This document shows positions 1 through 11,950 of a stretch of DNA of 37,164 nucleotides, in pieces. How positions within the stretch are numbered: the stretch's first letter is position 1; every line of letters starts with the position of its first letter. Position numbers and translations under genes: made by a program. The notes under the pieces are model-generated. The model did no database searches. It was not told the DNA's origin and worked only from the letters and a program-made list of their open reading frames with translations. Source of the DNA: Reclinomonas americana ATCC 50394 (lineage: Eukaryota); assembly GCA_048213135.1 (NCBI GenBank), contig PS015853.1:1-37164 (forward strand). The letters run 5' to 3'.

Positions 1-3
1 CAA

Positions 4-157
4 GAGTCTCGCTGTGTCGCTCAACGAGTCTCGCTGTGTCGCTCAACGAGTCTCGCTGTGTCGCTCAACGAGTCTCGCTGTGTCGCTCAACGAGTCTCGC
101 TGTGTCGCTCAACGAGTCTCGCTGTGTCGCTCAACGAGTCTCGCTGTGTCGCTCAAC
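4..157. repeat. 22-bp perfect tandem repeat (GAGTCTCGCTGTGTCGCTCAAC) x7, in the roadblock gene intron
   Basis: Seven consecutive copies read directly. Confidence 0.95.
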
Positions 158-216
158 CCTTGTTCCTTCTCTCCCTGATCTATCCCTTCTCTCGTCCTTC
201 TCCCCCTCCTGCTCAC

Positions 217-838
217 CTGAGGATCCAAATCACGCACGACCGAGCGCGCCTTGGCCGCCAACGACGTAATGTGCTGCGCGTACTTTTGCGTCGACGCCGC
301 GTCCAACGACGATCGCACCGCCACGCCGTCCGAGTTCACAATCACCACGCCCACCACGCCCGGGTGCGAATTCAATCGCGTAATCGTCTCCTCAACTTCG
401 CTCTGCGGGAGGTGGGGAAAGGGGGAAGTGAGGACGAGAGGAGAGTGAGAGAGGAGGAGAAGGGAAGAGAGGGAGCACAGTGAAGAAACGGGAAGAACTT
501 GACTGATGAGTGACAGCAGAGTGAAAGGGCGAGCTCCATGTGTGTGGGTAAGAGAAGAAGAAGAAGAAAAGAGGGGAGGACAAGGAGGGAGAGAGATCGT
601 GATAGATCGAACAATCTTTCTTGCACTGCGACAAGTGTGCATGACTGAGAGCGAAGAGTGAAAGGCGAGCTCCATGTGTGTGGGTGAGAGACGAAGAAGA
701 AGAAGAGAGGGGAGGACAAGGAGGGAGAGAGATCGTGACAGATCGAACAATCTTTCTTGCACTGCGCCAAGTGTGCACGACTGGGAGCGAAGAGCGAAAG
801 GGCGAGCTCCGCGTGTACTTGTGTGAGTGAGTGTGTGA

Positions 839-878
<40 letters not shown>

Positions 879-1054
879 TCGTGACAGATTGAGAGAGCTG
901 TCTTTCTGCGACAAGGGAGCATGACTGGGAGCAGCGAGATCCGTGAGAACGTGTGTGTGTGTGAGTGAGAGACAAGAGGAGAGAGAAGAGTAGAGGAGAG
1001 TAGAGATATGGACACATCAAGCACACTTTCTTGCACTGCGACAAGTGATCATGG

Positions 1055-1116
<62 letters not shown>

Positions 1117-1587
1117 GTCGTACGTCGTCGTACGTACGTACGTACGTCGTACGTACGTGTACGTACGTACGTACGTACGTACGTACGTACGTACGTACGT
1201 ACGTACGTACNNNNNNNNNNNNNNNNNNNNNNNNNNNNNNNNNNNNNNNNNNNNNNNNNNNNNNNNNNNNNNNNNNNNNNNNNNNNNNNNNNNNNNNNNN
1301 NNNNNNNNNNNNNNNNNNNNNNNNNNNNNNNNNNNNNNNNNNNNNNNNNNNNNNNNNNNNNNNNNNNNNNNNNNNNNNNNNNNNNNNNNNNNNNNNNNNN
1401 NNNNNNNNNNNNNNNNNNNNNNNNNNNNNNNNNNNNNNNNNNNNNNNNNNNNNNNNNNNNNNNNNNNNNNNNNNNNNNGGTAAGGGAAGGTAAGGTAAGG
1501 TAAGTAATTAGGTACGACGAACTACTAACGTACGACCTTACCTTTCGTTCGTACTACGTCGACGAACGTAGTAGTACTACTGTCGTC

Positions 1588-1630
<43 letters not shown>

Positions 1631-2077
1631 TCTCTCTCTGTGTGTGTGTGAGAGAGAGAGAGTAGGAGGTTGAGCAAACGTATTTGCAGTGAGCATGACT
1701 GAGAGCGATTTTGAGAAAGCGATTGACTGAACAGCAGAGTGCATGACAAGAGAGAACAACATAACAAGTGAGTGTAGGAGAGCAAGACAGAGAGAGAGAG
1801 AAAGAGAGAAGAGCGCGCCATTTCCAACCAACACTGACACACGCTCACAGACAGTCTCCTTCTGCTCACCACTCCCTCGCCATCACATAGGCGCACACAG
1901 CGCACACAACAGACAACACAGACAAAGAGAGGAGCGCGCAGGTGGCAGTTTGTCACAAGAAAAACAACAAGTTTTTTCGCGCGCTTTTCCTCACAATCAT
2001 GATGAACGCACACGCACGCACAAGTCTCTCTCTCACTCTCTTCTTCTCTCTCTATTTGCCACAAGAGCACTCACCAT
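217..2077 (-). CDS. DYNLRB: Dynein light chain roadblock/LC7 type, partial (3' exons lie left of the window). Exons 2077-2075 (ATG only) and 402-217
   Basis: Exon 402-217 is flanked by cag| and |gtgagc and encodes SEVEETITRLNSHPGVVGVVIVNSDGVAVRSSLDAASTQKYAQHITSLAAKARSVVRDLDPQ, a typical roadblock sequence. ATG|gtgagt at 2077-2075 supplies an in-phase Met; that first exon is inferred across an N-gap. Confidence 0.88.
518..930. repeat. Degenerate ~137-bp minisatellite (2 full copies plus a partial), intronic
   Basis: Units start near 518, 655 and 791 and share GGCGAGCTCC and GAGAGATCGTGA...CTTGCACTGCG. Confidence 0.85.
1211..1478. other. Assembly gap flanked by (CT)n and TACG-type low-quality sequence
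   Basis: N run; (TACG)n degenerate flanks at 1111-1210 and 1479-1590. Confidence 0.95.
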
Positions 2078-2433
2078 TGACTCTGTGACACACAAACAAG
2101 AAACACAAATCAACGCACACCACTGTCCGTCGATCGCAACGGACCAGTGGACTCATCCATGCGCGACTGACAGAGATTGCGTCGTCTCTCTGTCACTCTC
2201 CGCCTGTACAAGAGAACGCGCGTGTCGAGACAGCAACAAGGAGAGAGAGACACACACTTACAAGGTGTGTGAGTGTGTGTGCGTGTTTGATCCTGCGGGA
2301 CATTGCCGCCTCTCTCTCTCCCTCCCTCGCGTGACACTGAGCGCGTGCGGTGTTTACAGTGTGCGCGTGGCAGCAGCAGCAGTGACCGCAGCACAAGAAC
2401 GAGCGAGAGAGCAAGAGAGAGCGAGGAATTTTC
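2078..2433. promoter_or_regulatory. Probable bidirectional promoter/5'UTR region between head-to-head roadblock and RasGAP genes
   Basis: Divergent start codons lie 356 bp apart; positional inference only. Confidence 0.5.
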
Positions 2434-5400
2434 ATGGCAGCGGCGCTATTTGCGTCTTTGACATCATCCTCATCGTCATCGTCTTCCTCATTGCCGCCAC
2501 CACCGCCGCCGCCACCCACCGCGAGCATTGTCATTATTCCACCGGGAACGCCTCCATTATCCGCGGGATCATCATCGGGGGGATCATCATCATCGGTAAT
2601 GAGCAGTGATACGCCACCTCCGTCGCCGCCATCGCCACTGCCGCAGCCGCCGCAGCCGCAGCAGAGGCGAATGGCCACGTCATTGTTATCTGTCCCCACG
2701 GCCACGGCGGCGGCATCTGGGATTCCGCCGGTATTGTCTCCGAGGCGGACGCACTCGATTATGGTGGATGGGATGCTGTCGCCGGCGGGGTCGCCGGGAG
2801 CGCGATTGGCGCGGTTGAAGGAGCTGATTCAGGCGGAGGCGGCGAGGGAGGCGGAGGTGGTTCGAGTGCAGGTGGGTCGAGAGTGGGATGCAAAGTGGAT
2901 GGGATATTGACGGGATTGTGAGCTGACTCTCTCCTCTGTCTCTCTCCCTGCCTCCTTCTCGTTCTCTCCTTCCTTCCTTCTCGTTGTGTCTTCGTTCTCG
3001 TTCTCTCTGCCGTATCTCTCTTCCTCCATGTTCACTCTCCCTTCGTTCTCAAACACTCTCTCTCTTAGTTCTCATTCTCTGTCTTCCTCCTCGTTCTCTC
3101 TTCGTTCTCGTTCTCTCTCCTCCATGTTCGCTCTCTTTTCGTTCTCATTCACTCTCCATTCTTTCCACTCACCCTGCCAACGCGTTCTATCCCCTTCTCG
3201 TTCTCGTTATTCTCGTGCCTCCTTCCTTTACGTTCCCGCTCATCTCCTTCTGGTCTTCTCTGCATTATTATCGTTCACCCTCCATTCCTTCTCGTTTTCT
3301 CTTCGTTCTCGTGCACTCTGCCGCTTTCTCATTCTCTCTCCTTGCTTCTCGGTTGTACTCACTTCGCTCCGTCTCTCCTGCCTTCTCATTCATTCTTCCT
3401 TCCTTTTCGTGCTCATTCTCTTTGCTATCCATGGAGTTCGCAGCACACTCAAACCTGTGATGCACGAGAGAAGAAAAAATGCAGAAGAATGAGAACTTGA
3501 AGCTATCTGTCGATATCGATCGACGGTATGAAAGAGCATGAGAGGCGACTGAGCGCTGAGCCACCACCTCCACCTTGATCTCAATTTTTTTTGCACCCTC
3601 CCACATTCCTTCGTCTCACCTAGACTCTGTCATCTTCCACATTGGCGCTACCGTCATGTTGTCTTCTCTTCCCCTTCCCACCCTTCCCTTCCCACCCTTC
3701 CCCCTTCCCACCCTTCCCTTCCCACCCTTCCCCCTTTCCCCACCCTCCCCTTCCCACCCTTCCCCCTTCTTTCCTCTCACATCCTCTTCTCCCTTTATCG
3801 CAGCGCGAAATGCCCGCACTTGCCGCCGAACTCGGCAAACTCTCCCGCAAACTGCGCGAGTTCAAGGTCAAGATCTTCAACATTGACCGCAAGGTCAAGT
3901 TCTACGTCGGCATCCAGTCACCACTGGAGCAGCACAAGTACGAGGACTTTCTCGGCAACTTCTTCGAGACCGCTCACATGGACCAACACCCGCTTGGCGC
4001 GAGGCTAGAGGTGCGTGGCGCAGAGTGGATTGCACGGATTGACAAAGAGTAATGCTGAAAGAATCCGCCAGGCCTTTGTCAAGCTGTTGAATCTATGTCG
4101 ATGGTATCCCGAGTATCTGTGCCATGTGGTGGATTACGTACCGTTCCAGGAGCTGGATTCACTCGTCGCCACCACGTGCTCGTCGCTGTTTGGCAATTTC
4201 TACCAGCCAGGAGAGGAGTGGTTGTTGTTGAGATTTCTGCAGGTTCGATATCGGGGAAGTGGCAGGGTGTTGTGATACATGGTTCCTCTCCCCTCTCGCT
4301 CTCCCCTCTCGCTCTCCCCTCTCGCTCTCCCCTCTCGCTCTCCCCTCTCGCTCTCCCCTCTCGCTCTCCCCTCTCGCTCCCCCCTCTCGCTCCCCCCTCT
4401 CGCTCTCCCCCTCTCGCTCTCCCCTCTCACCTCACACACTTCCCGCCTCCGCAGAAACACGCCACCCACCCGCGCCGGCGCCTGCATCATGTTCGTTGTC
4501 GACTATTGCATCGACGAGGAAGTCAAGCCAAAGCTCGGCTGTTGCGTCTCCTTTCCTCTCTGCCTCTCTCCCCCCCCCCCCCCCTCCTCTCTCCTTGGCT
4601 CATTCCTTCTAGTGATCCACGACGCCGTCGGCATCACCGCCGAAACCATTCGGCAAGTGTGCAAAACCATTCCCGAGAAGCTCCTGCCGCAGTGGTTCAA
4701 GGACAAGTACAGCGATCGCTTCCTGACGCGGGCGGAGGTGTACTGCAATCGGTGCGGTCGGCTGCAGGGTGTCAACTTGGAGCATGTGGTGGCGGCGCAC
4801 AAGCAGATTGTGCAGTCGGATCGATTGTTGTTGCGTGGCTCGAAGGAAGGGAAAGGAGGAGAGCGAGTGCTTCTGACTCCCTGAGTGCGCACAGTGTGGA
4901 GCATCAGGACGAGGTGTATGCGGCGCTGGTGTACCTCAAGAGCAAGTACTCGCCATCTGTGGTCGTGTTTGACTTGGAAGGTTTGGTTGTCTTCAACGTG
5001 CATTGGTGTGGCGAGATGGTTNNNNNNNNNNNNNNNNNNNNNNNNNNNNNNNNNNNNNNNNNNNNNNNNNNNNNNNNNNNNNNNNNNNNNNNNNNNNNNN
5101 NNNNNNNNNNNNNNNNNNNNNNNNNNNNNNNNNNNNNNNNNNNNNNNNNNNNNNNNNNNNNNNNNNNNNNNNNNNNNNNNNNNNNNNNNNNNNNNNNNNN
5201 NNNNNNNNNNNNNNNNNNNNNNNNNNNNNNNNNNNNNNNNNNNNNNNNNNNNNNNNNNNNNNNNNNNNNNNNNNNNNNNNNNNNNNNNNNNNNNNNNNNN
5301 NNNNNNNNNNNNNNNNNNNNNNNNNNNNNNNNNNNNNNNNNNNNNNNNNNNNNNNNNNNNNNNNNNNNNNNNNNNNNNNNNNNNNNNNNNNNNNNNNNNN

Positions 5401-8400
5401 NNNNNNNNNNNNNNNNNNNNNNNNNNNNNNNNNNNNNNNNNNNNNNNNNNNNNNNNNNNNNNNNNNNNNNNNNNNNNNNNNNNNNNNNNNNNNNNNNNNN
5501 NNNNNNNNNNNNNNNNNNNNNNNNNNNNNNNNNNNNNNNNNNNNNNNNNNNNNNNNNNNNNNNNNNNNNNNNNNNNNNNNNNNNNNNNNNNNNNNNNNNN
5601 NNNNNNNNNNNNNNNNNNNNNNNNNNNNNNNNNNNNNNNNNNNNNNNNNNNNCTCTCCCCTCTCGCTCTCCCCTCTCGCTCTCCCCTCTCGCTCTCCCTC
5701 TCGCTCTCCCTCTCGCTCTCCCCTCTCGCTCTCCCCGTCTCGCTCTCCCCCTCTCGCTCTCCTCCGTCGCTCTTCCCCTTCCCCCATTTTCCTTCCCCTT
5801 CCCCTTCCTCCCCATTATCTCCCCTCCCTCCCCATTATCTCCCCTCCCTCCCCTTCCCTCACTTTCTCCATCACAGCGCGTGCTGGTCTTCGACTTTGCG
5901 AGGTGCACGGACACGTTGAATTTCCTGCGAGCGAACACCTACGGCACCAAGTTGCTGAGTGCATACACCAAGTTTCGTGCTGCGCAGTCGACACGGCATC
6001 GCTTGCTTTTTGCAGTACTAATTGTTCCTTGTACTTCCAGGCGCGGTGGCGGACGGGCGGTACTACGGCATGCTTTGCATGAAACCCTGTCGCGGTACAT
6101 TAATGACGATGATTCGGACTTGGAAATTGATCCGCTCAAGGTGTGTCTCACTACTCACTCTCCCCTTTCCTTGCTTTCCGTCGTGTCTCATCGACTCGCA
6201 GATCGCCAAGAGGTTAAACATGCACGCCGAACTCAACCGTGACCGCACCGAGTTGGCGCAGATTCGTGAAATTCGCTTTGTTATTGACGAGAGTTGCGCA
6301 TCTCCGCCTCCTCCAGTCATTCCTCTCTGCGCCTCACCCTTGCTCCTTTATCTGGCGCGCAGACACACCTCGCCTTGTATCATTATGTTCCGATGTGTTG
6401 GATGGCATCTTCTCCTCGCTGCCGGAGATGCCGCATGGCATTCGATGGCTATCGAAGCAGCTCGTACTGTTGCGTGGTGCTTTCTCTCTGTGTGAGAGTG
6501 GTTTCACCTTTTGGTCTCATGAATGAATGCGGGTGCAGAATGGCCAAGGAGCGGCAACCGGAACTTGACTTGGACAAGCAACGGATTTTGGTGGCAGGGT
6601 TTGTATTTCTAAGGTTTATCCTGCCGGCTGTTGTGGCACCCGAGACACTGGGAGTTGTTGATACGCCTGTGACGCCGGAGTATCGGAATGGATTGACGTT
6701 GGTGCGTGGGTTGCCAGAGAGAGAGAGAGGAGGGATAGGGAGAGGGAGAGAGACTGTGAGGTTTGATTGTCTCGACTTCGCATTCAAACTGTGTGCATAA
6801 TTGTGCATATTGTTGCGGCATGATTTTCACGCTCTGTTCGTTGGTATCTCTGCTCTCCCTTCTTTCGCTCTTGTCTTCTTCTCTCTGTCTCTGATTCCAT
6901 CTCTTTTGTATCATGTTGGAATCTCCTAGCTCTGTCTCTCTCGCTCCCTCTTTCACTTTGCAAGTCTATCTTTTGGTAGCTCTATTTTCGTCCTCTTTCT
7001 CTTTTTTTCTCTCCCTTGTCTTTTGCGCTTTTCACTTCAGTTTTTTACTTTGGCAAGTTATCGTGCTTGTAATTTTGCTCTCCTCTACCTCCTCTTTCTC
7101 CTCCTCTTTCTCCTCCTCTTCCACCTCCTTCTCTCTCTCTCTCCCCTTGTCTGTCACTTCAATTTAGAGTTGTTGTTGGCAACTATGCTCTCCTTCTCTG
7201 TCTTGCCGCACTTTCCCTCTCTCTCGCTCTGTGCGTCTTTCTCTTTGCATTCTCGTCTCTTTCTCGATGTTTGGAACGATCGTATTGGTCTCTCTCTCTC
7301 TCTCTCTCTCTCGCTGTGTTGTATCTTTTTCATCATTCCTGCACAGATTGTTAAAGTTTTTGAATCTCTCTTCTCCTTTTCTCTCCCCCTGCTCATCCCT
7401 CCTTTGCAGATCGTAAAAGTGCTGGAGAAGATGGCCACAGCGCTGCTGTTTGGACCAAAGGACCCGCACATGATGCCGCTGAACGAATTTCTGGAGGAGA
7501 AGAGACCTCTGCTGGTGGCATACGTGCAGGAGTTGATTGACGTCAGCGATCCGGACCCGCTGTTCATGGCAAGTCTCCTTCTTCATTCCGCTCTTTGCGC
7601 GTGCTGGAAGAAGTCTCACACTCGCTCTCTTGCCATCCAACAGAGCCCACTGGCAGACTCCGTGCCTTCCACCGTCACCATCACACCCAACGAACTCTTT
7701 ACGCTCCACCGTCAGTTTTTGGAAAACCTGCCCAAAGTGGTTCGTTTCTCTTCTCGTTTTATCTGGGCGGTGCAATCCGCCTTACCCCTCCTCCGTTCTT
7801 GCAGTTGGACGCCATGCATCTGGCACGGCAAGGCATGATCCGCGCCGATGGTCACGACGAAATGGAACTGATTGTCCGCGAGCTGGGTGCGGTGTCGCGC
7901 CTGCTGCCGCGTGAGGAGAACAAGTTCCTGTTGGTGGAGGTGCCGTCGTCCGTGACTGCTGGTCGGAGATTAGAGGTTTGTATCCGCTCCTGGTCGTCAT
8001 CTTCTTCTCGAAGCCGCTCACCGCCACCACCGCAGCCGCTGTCGCCGGAAACCATGCACACTCGCGATCCGAAAATCACTGCCGCCCTCGACGCGCTGCG
8101 ATTAGTGTTTCTGCAAGAGGATGGTGTGTCGCCGTACTTGTGTGCGTCGCTCACCGAGTGGCTGCAGGCCAAGAGCGAGGTGTGTGGCAAAAGGGTATTC
8201 AGCGATGTTTGTTCCTTTTCGAGCTCATTCGGTATCGGCAACAGATATGTTCGGATGATCGCATGTTGATGGAGTTGTCGGATGCGGTGGATCGACTGGA
8301 CGAGTTGCCACCGGCGTTCACGGAGGATCATTTTTTGATGTTGCTGCAGTTGTTGGAGAAGGTGAGGTGACCCAGGAAAGAGTGGGTAAAAGGGATGTGG

Positions 8401-10057
8401 AGGAATAGGCAGAGAGAAGAGACAGGCAGGCTGAGAAAAAGGGAGTGAGAGAGAGGGAGTGGAGTGTGCGCGAGAGAGACAGAATGAGATGGAATGTCAG
8501 CTTCTCTCTCTGTCAGAATGCTGACTTCAATTCGTGGCAGACTGGCAGAGGGCGTGTGAGTGTTAGAGAGAATGATTTAGAAGGATTGTCAGCGTTCTTA
8601 CTCTTTCTATATGTGCTGCTTCTGTTGTTTCCACCCGTGACAGACAGACAGAGGGCGTGAGAGAGAAAGAGAGACTGTGAGAGAATGAGAAGGGTTGTCG
8701 GCCTTCTAGTTGTGTTACTGTCTTGACAGCAAACAGACAGACAGAGTGAGAAAGATAGGAGGAGATTGTGCAAGAGAGTGAGAAGCAATGAGAGTGATTG
8801 TCAGCCTTTCGACGTGTTGCTCTCAGTGTTTTCACCTTGACAGAAAACGAGTTTGTGTGTGGGAGAGTATGAACGAGTAGGATTGTCATCCCTCTCATTC
8901 TTTCACTGTGTGCTGCTCTCCGGGTTATCACCCGCGACACACAGAAGATGCGAGAGCGAGAGAGAATGAGTGTGTGTGTGTTTCGTAGAGAGAGAGAGAG
9001 AGAGAAACAATGAGAACAATTGCCAACCTTTCTCTCTTTTCTCAGTAATTCCTGTGGCTCACTCTTTCCCTTTCTCTCCCCCTTTACCCTCACCAGGAGT
9101 ACAACAAGCGAGAGACCTACCGCGCCGCGCTGCTGGAGGACTACGGGCGCCTGCGCACCTCGGTCGAACAGCTGAGGAAAGAAATCATTGCGGCCATGGA
9201 GGAGCGCTTGGCGTACTCGGACTTTCTGTCGCAGGCCAAGCGGACGAGTTTCGAGCGGCGCGCCAAGATGAAGATGCAGAGCATGTCGGGCAGCATGAAG
9301 AAGCGGCGCAGTTTGGAGACGTCGGACCCGAGGAATTTGAAAAAGGGCAGCAAGAGGACGGCGAGTTTGCCGGATGTGTCGCTGGAACCGTTGCGTGAAA
9401 AGGGGGAAAGGGGCGGAAGGGAAAGATCTTTCCTTTGCCTTCATGGCCACCTTTCTCTCTCTCTCCCTTCCTTTCTCCGTCAGTTCACCCTCTTCTCTGT
9501 TGCATTCGACATGCTTCATTTCTCTGCACTCTGTGCGCTCTCTTGCACTCATTCATGTCTCTCTTGTCCTCTGTGTTCCTGTTTCTCCCTCCTTCTGGCA
9601 TCAGTCTCTGCTGTCTCCTTTTTCTCATTTCTCTTTACACCCATTGCGTTTTCTTCTCGTATCTCTTTCCCTTGTTTGCTTCCCTATCTGCTCTCACCCT
9701 TCCACCCTTCCCCCCTTCTCCCACCCTCACACCTCCATTTCCCTTCGTTGCAGTCCCCCCGGCACCGTCCTCGGCCCATACATCTTCACCCAGGAGGACC
9801 TGGCCGGCAAACGCCTGGTGGCCTCCTTCGACTCCAAGGCGGTCGGCGTGCCCGGCTGGTGTATCGAGTTCCGCTCGCAGTACGCCGGCATGATCGACGT
9901 GGTGTTCAAGGAGGGCGCCGGTCAGGAGACCGGCCGTGTGTACGTCGACATTGACACGCTGTTGGACGATTCGCTGTCGAGAGAGACGTTTCAGTGTGGC
10001 CCACTGGAGCTGCGCATCAAGTCGTTCCTGTCTCTCATCAACAAGATTTTAACATGA
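2434..10057 (+). CDS. Ras GTPase-activating protein, Gap1/Sar1/IQGAP-related type (RasGAP + RasGAP_C-like), ~884 aa. Exons 2434-2871, 3804-4010, 4072-4242, 5877-5971, 6041-6140, 6202-6292, 6363-6468, 6539-6701, 7410-7568, 7644-7739, 7805-7975, 8036-8179, 8245-8361, 9097-9389, 9754-10057
   Basis: All 14 introns are phase-consistent (13 GT-AG, 1 GC-AG). Motifs: arginine finger FLRANT, LEIDPLK, MPHGIRWLSKQL, signature GFVFLRFILPAVVAP, KDPHMMPLNEFL, ITPNELFTLH. Confidence 0.9.
4285..4427. repeat. 13-bp tandem repeat (CTCTCCCCTCTCG)n; the same repeat resumes after the gap at 5653-5760
   Basis: Read directly on both sides of the 4455-5021 insert and gap. Confidence 0.9.
4455..4980 (+). CDS. Fragment of an unrelated gene with TFIIB/cyclin-fold-like repeats inside RasGAP intron 3. 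Exons 4455-4540, 4613-4829, 4895-4980
   Basis: Three phase-consistent exons give NTPPTRAGACIMFVVDYCIDEEVKPKLGLIHDAVGITAETIRQVCKTIPEKLLP...DEVYAALVYLKSK, resembling the TFIIB repeat-2 pattern (SPxSxAAAAIYM...AGVADVTIRQSYRLI). It enters in phase 2, incompatible with the phase-0 RasGAP donor. Confidence 0.55.
5022..5652. other. Assembly gap
   Basis: N run. Confidence 0.99.
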
Positions 10058-10889
10058 CTTTTTTTCGTCGTTGTGAGTGACATTTTTCCCCCTAAAAAAA
10101 CTGAGTGGTGGTTGTGGTGTTGGTTGTAGTTATCTGTGTGTGGCTCGTGGTGGTGAGCCCTCTACTAATGAATTTTTGGCGAGTGTTGTTGTTACGCCTG
10201 CATGGCGACGGGTTCCATCGAACAAGGTGTTGAATTCACTGTCACTGGTTGGTTGGCGTGCTTGCCTCTTGCACCTGCGTGCTCTCCAATTCTTTTTGTG
10301 ATCTCGTGTGCTTTCTCGTGCAGAAACGACAGCATGAAGCATTTCGAATTCATCGCGTTCTGTTGGCGAGATGTCTCACTCTCTCAAGATGGATCATCAT
10401 GCCGCTCCGTTGCTGTTGGGATCAGTAATGTTGTTGTTGTGGCGGTCGTGGCGAGCCGGCTCAAAACCAGAAGCAAACAAACAATCTCCCACCCGCAGCC
10501 TCAGGGCAATTAGAACCCTAGCGTCGCTACTGCAGCACGAGTTCAGCGTCTACGTAGGCCGCTGACACTATTTGCGCCACGAAATCCTTTCGAGGCCGAC
10601 ACGCGTTTAATTGGCTTTGCCTCCCGAAAGGGAAGATGACTGTTGGAGAAGTAATTATGTGCTGTAAACTGTTGGTGCGCCAAGGTCATTGTGGGCATTG
10701 CCGCATTGCTGGAATGTGGTGAATGAAGCTCAAAGTGTTTTGTCGTGAAGGGCAGTGTCAAGGGTCCAGGGTACAAGGTTGCAGCTAGGTGCACAATACA
10801 AAGGCGAGCATGGTGTTAAGAGGTAGAACTTACGTACGTAAGAGCCTCAGTTGTCCTCGCCGTCCTCGTCCCACTCATTCGATCATTAC

Positions 10890-11189
10890 ATGGAGGAGAG
10901 TGGCGCTCCCCCGCCTCCCTCCTCCTCCTCCACTTCCACCTCTCTTTACGGCAACAAGTACTCGTGTGTGGTGTGCGGCATTGATCTGTCGCGTCGCTCG
11001 CTCGCCAGTCGCCTCTCGCATGTCAAGACGTGCTCTCGTCAGCATGCCACCGCGGGTGTGAGGAGTAATGTGGAGGCAGTGGTCAGTGCGGCGGTGCCAG
11101 TGCACACGGTGAGTGGAAGAGAGGGAGAGAGGGGAAGGGAGAGGGGGGGGGTAGAGAGAGGGACAAGAGAGAGAGAGAGAGAGAGAGAG

Positions 11190-11226
<37 letters not shown>

Positions 11227-11853
11227 TTGTGTGTGTGCCTTGTCTGTCTGTGTGTGAAAGAGAGAAAGTGTGAGAGAGAGTGAGTGATTGATGTTCGCGC
11301 CAACTCCTTTGGCTCACGACTGAGAGGGTGAATGAGAGAGAGAGAGAGAGAGAAGGTTTATGATCGTGTCTGTGCCTTGTCTTCATCTGTGTGCATGTGT
11401 ATGTTTGTCAGTGATTGATGTTCGCGCCAACTGAATTGAATGTCTCTCAAGAGAGAGGGACAGAGAGAGAGAGAGAGAGGAGGGAGAGGCTGTGAGTCTG
11501 TCTGTGCATGTCTATGTGTGTAAGCGAGAGGAGAGGGATTGATCTTCGCGCCAACTGAATTGATGATCTCTCAAGACTGAGAGAGAGAGAGAAAAAGAAA
11601 GAAAGAGGAGAGGGGGACTGTTTCTTCATCTTCTGTGTGTGAGAGTGAGAGGAGAGATTGATCTTCGCGCCAACTGAGTTGATTGTTCTCAAGACTGAGA
11701 GAGAGGTGAGAGAGGGAGAGGGCTGTGAGTCTGTCTGTGCGTCGTCTTCGTCTGTGTGTGAGAGTGCCTGTGATTCGCGCCAACTCACAATCTTGGTGAA
11801 TTGGTGACTGAGAGAGGGTGAGCCTCTGTTGTCTGCGTCCTTTGTGTGTGTGT

Positions 11854-11950
<97 letters not shown>

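Noticed and set aside
4-157. 22-bp array as CRISPR or telomere
   Set aside because: It has no spacers, is intronic, and is not a G-rich telomeric unit.
1111-1590. (TACG)n palindromic arrays flanking the gap, also at 37119-37164
   Set aside because: They match the TACG pyrosequencing flow order and appear only where reads decay after microsatellites at contig ends; likely artefact.
4095-6242. 715-aa ORF joining the insert to RasGAP
   Set aside because: It is an artefact of reading through Ns and repeats; exon phases are incompatible.
11285-11790. CRISPR-like repeat/spacer appearance
   Set aside because: The context is a eukaryotic intron, spacers are ~100 nt and related to each other, and no cas genes are present.
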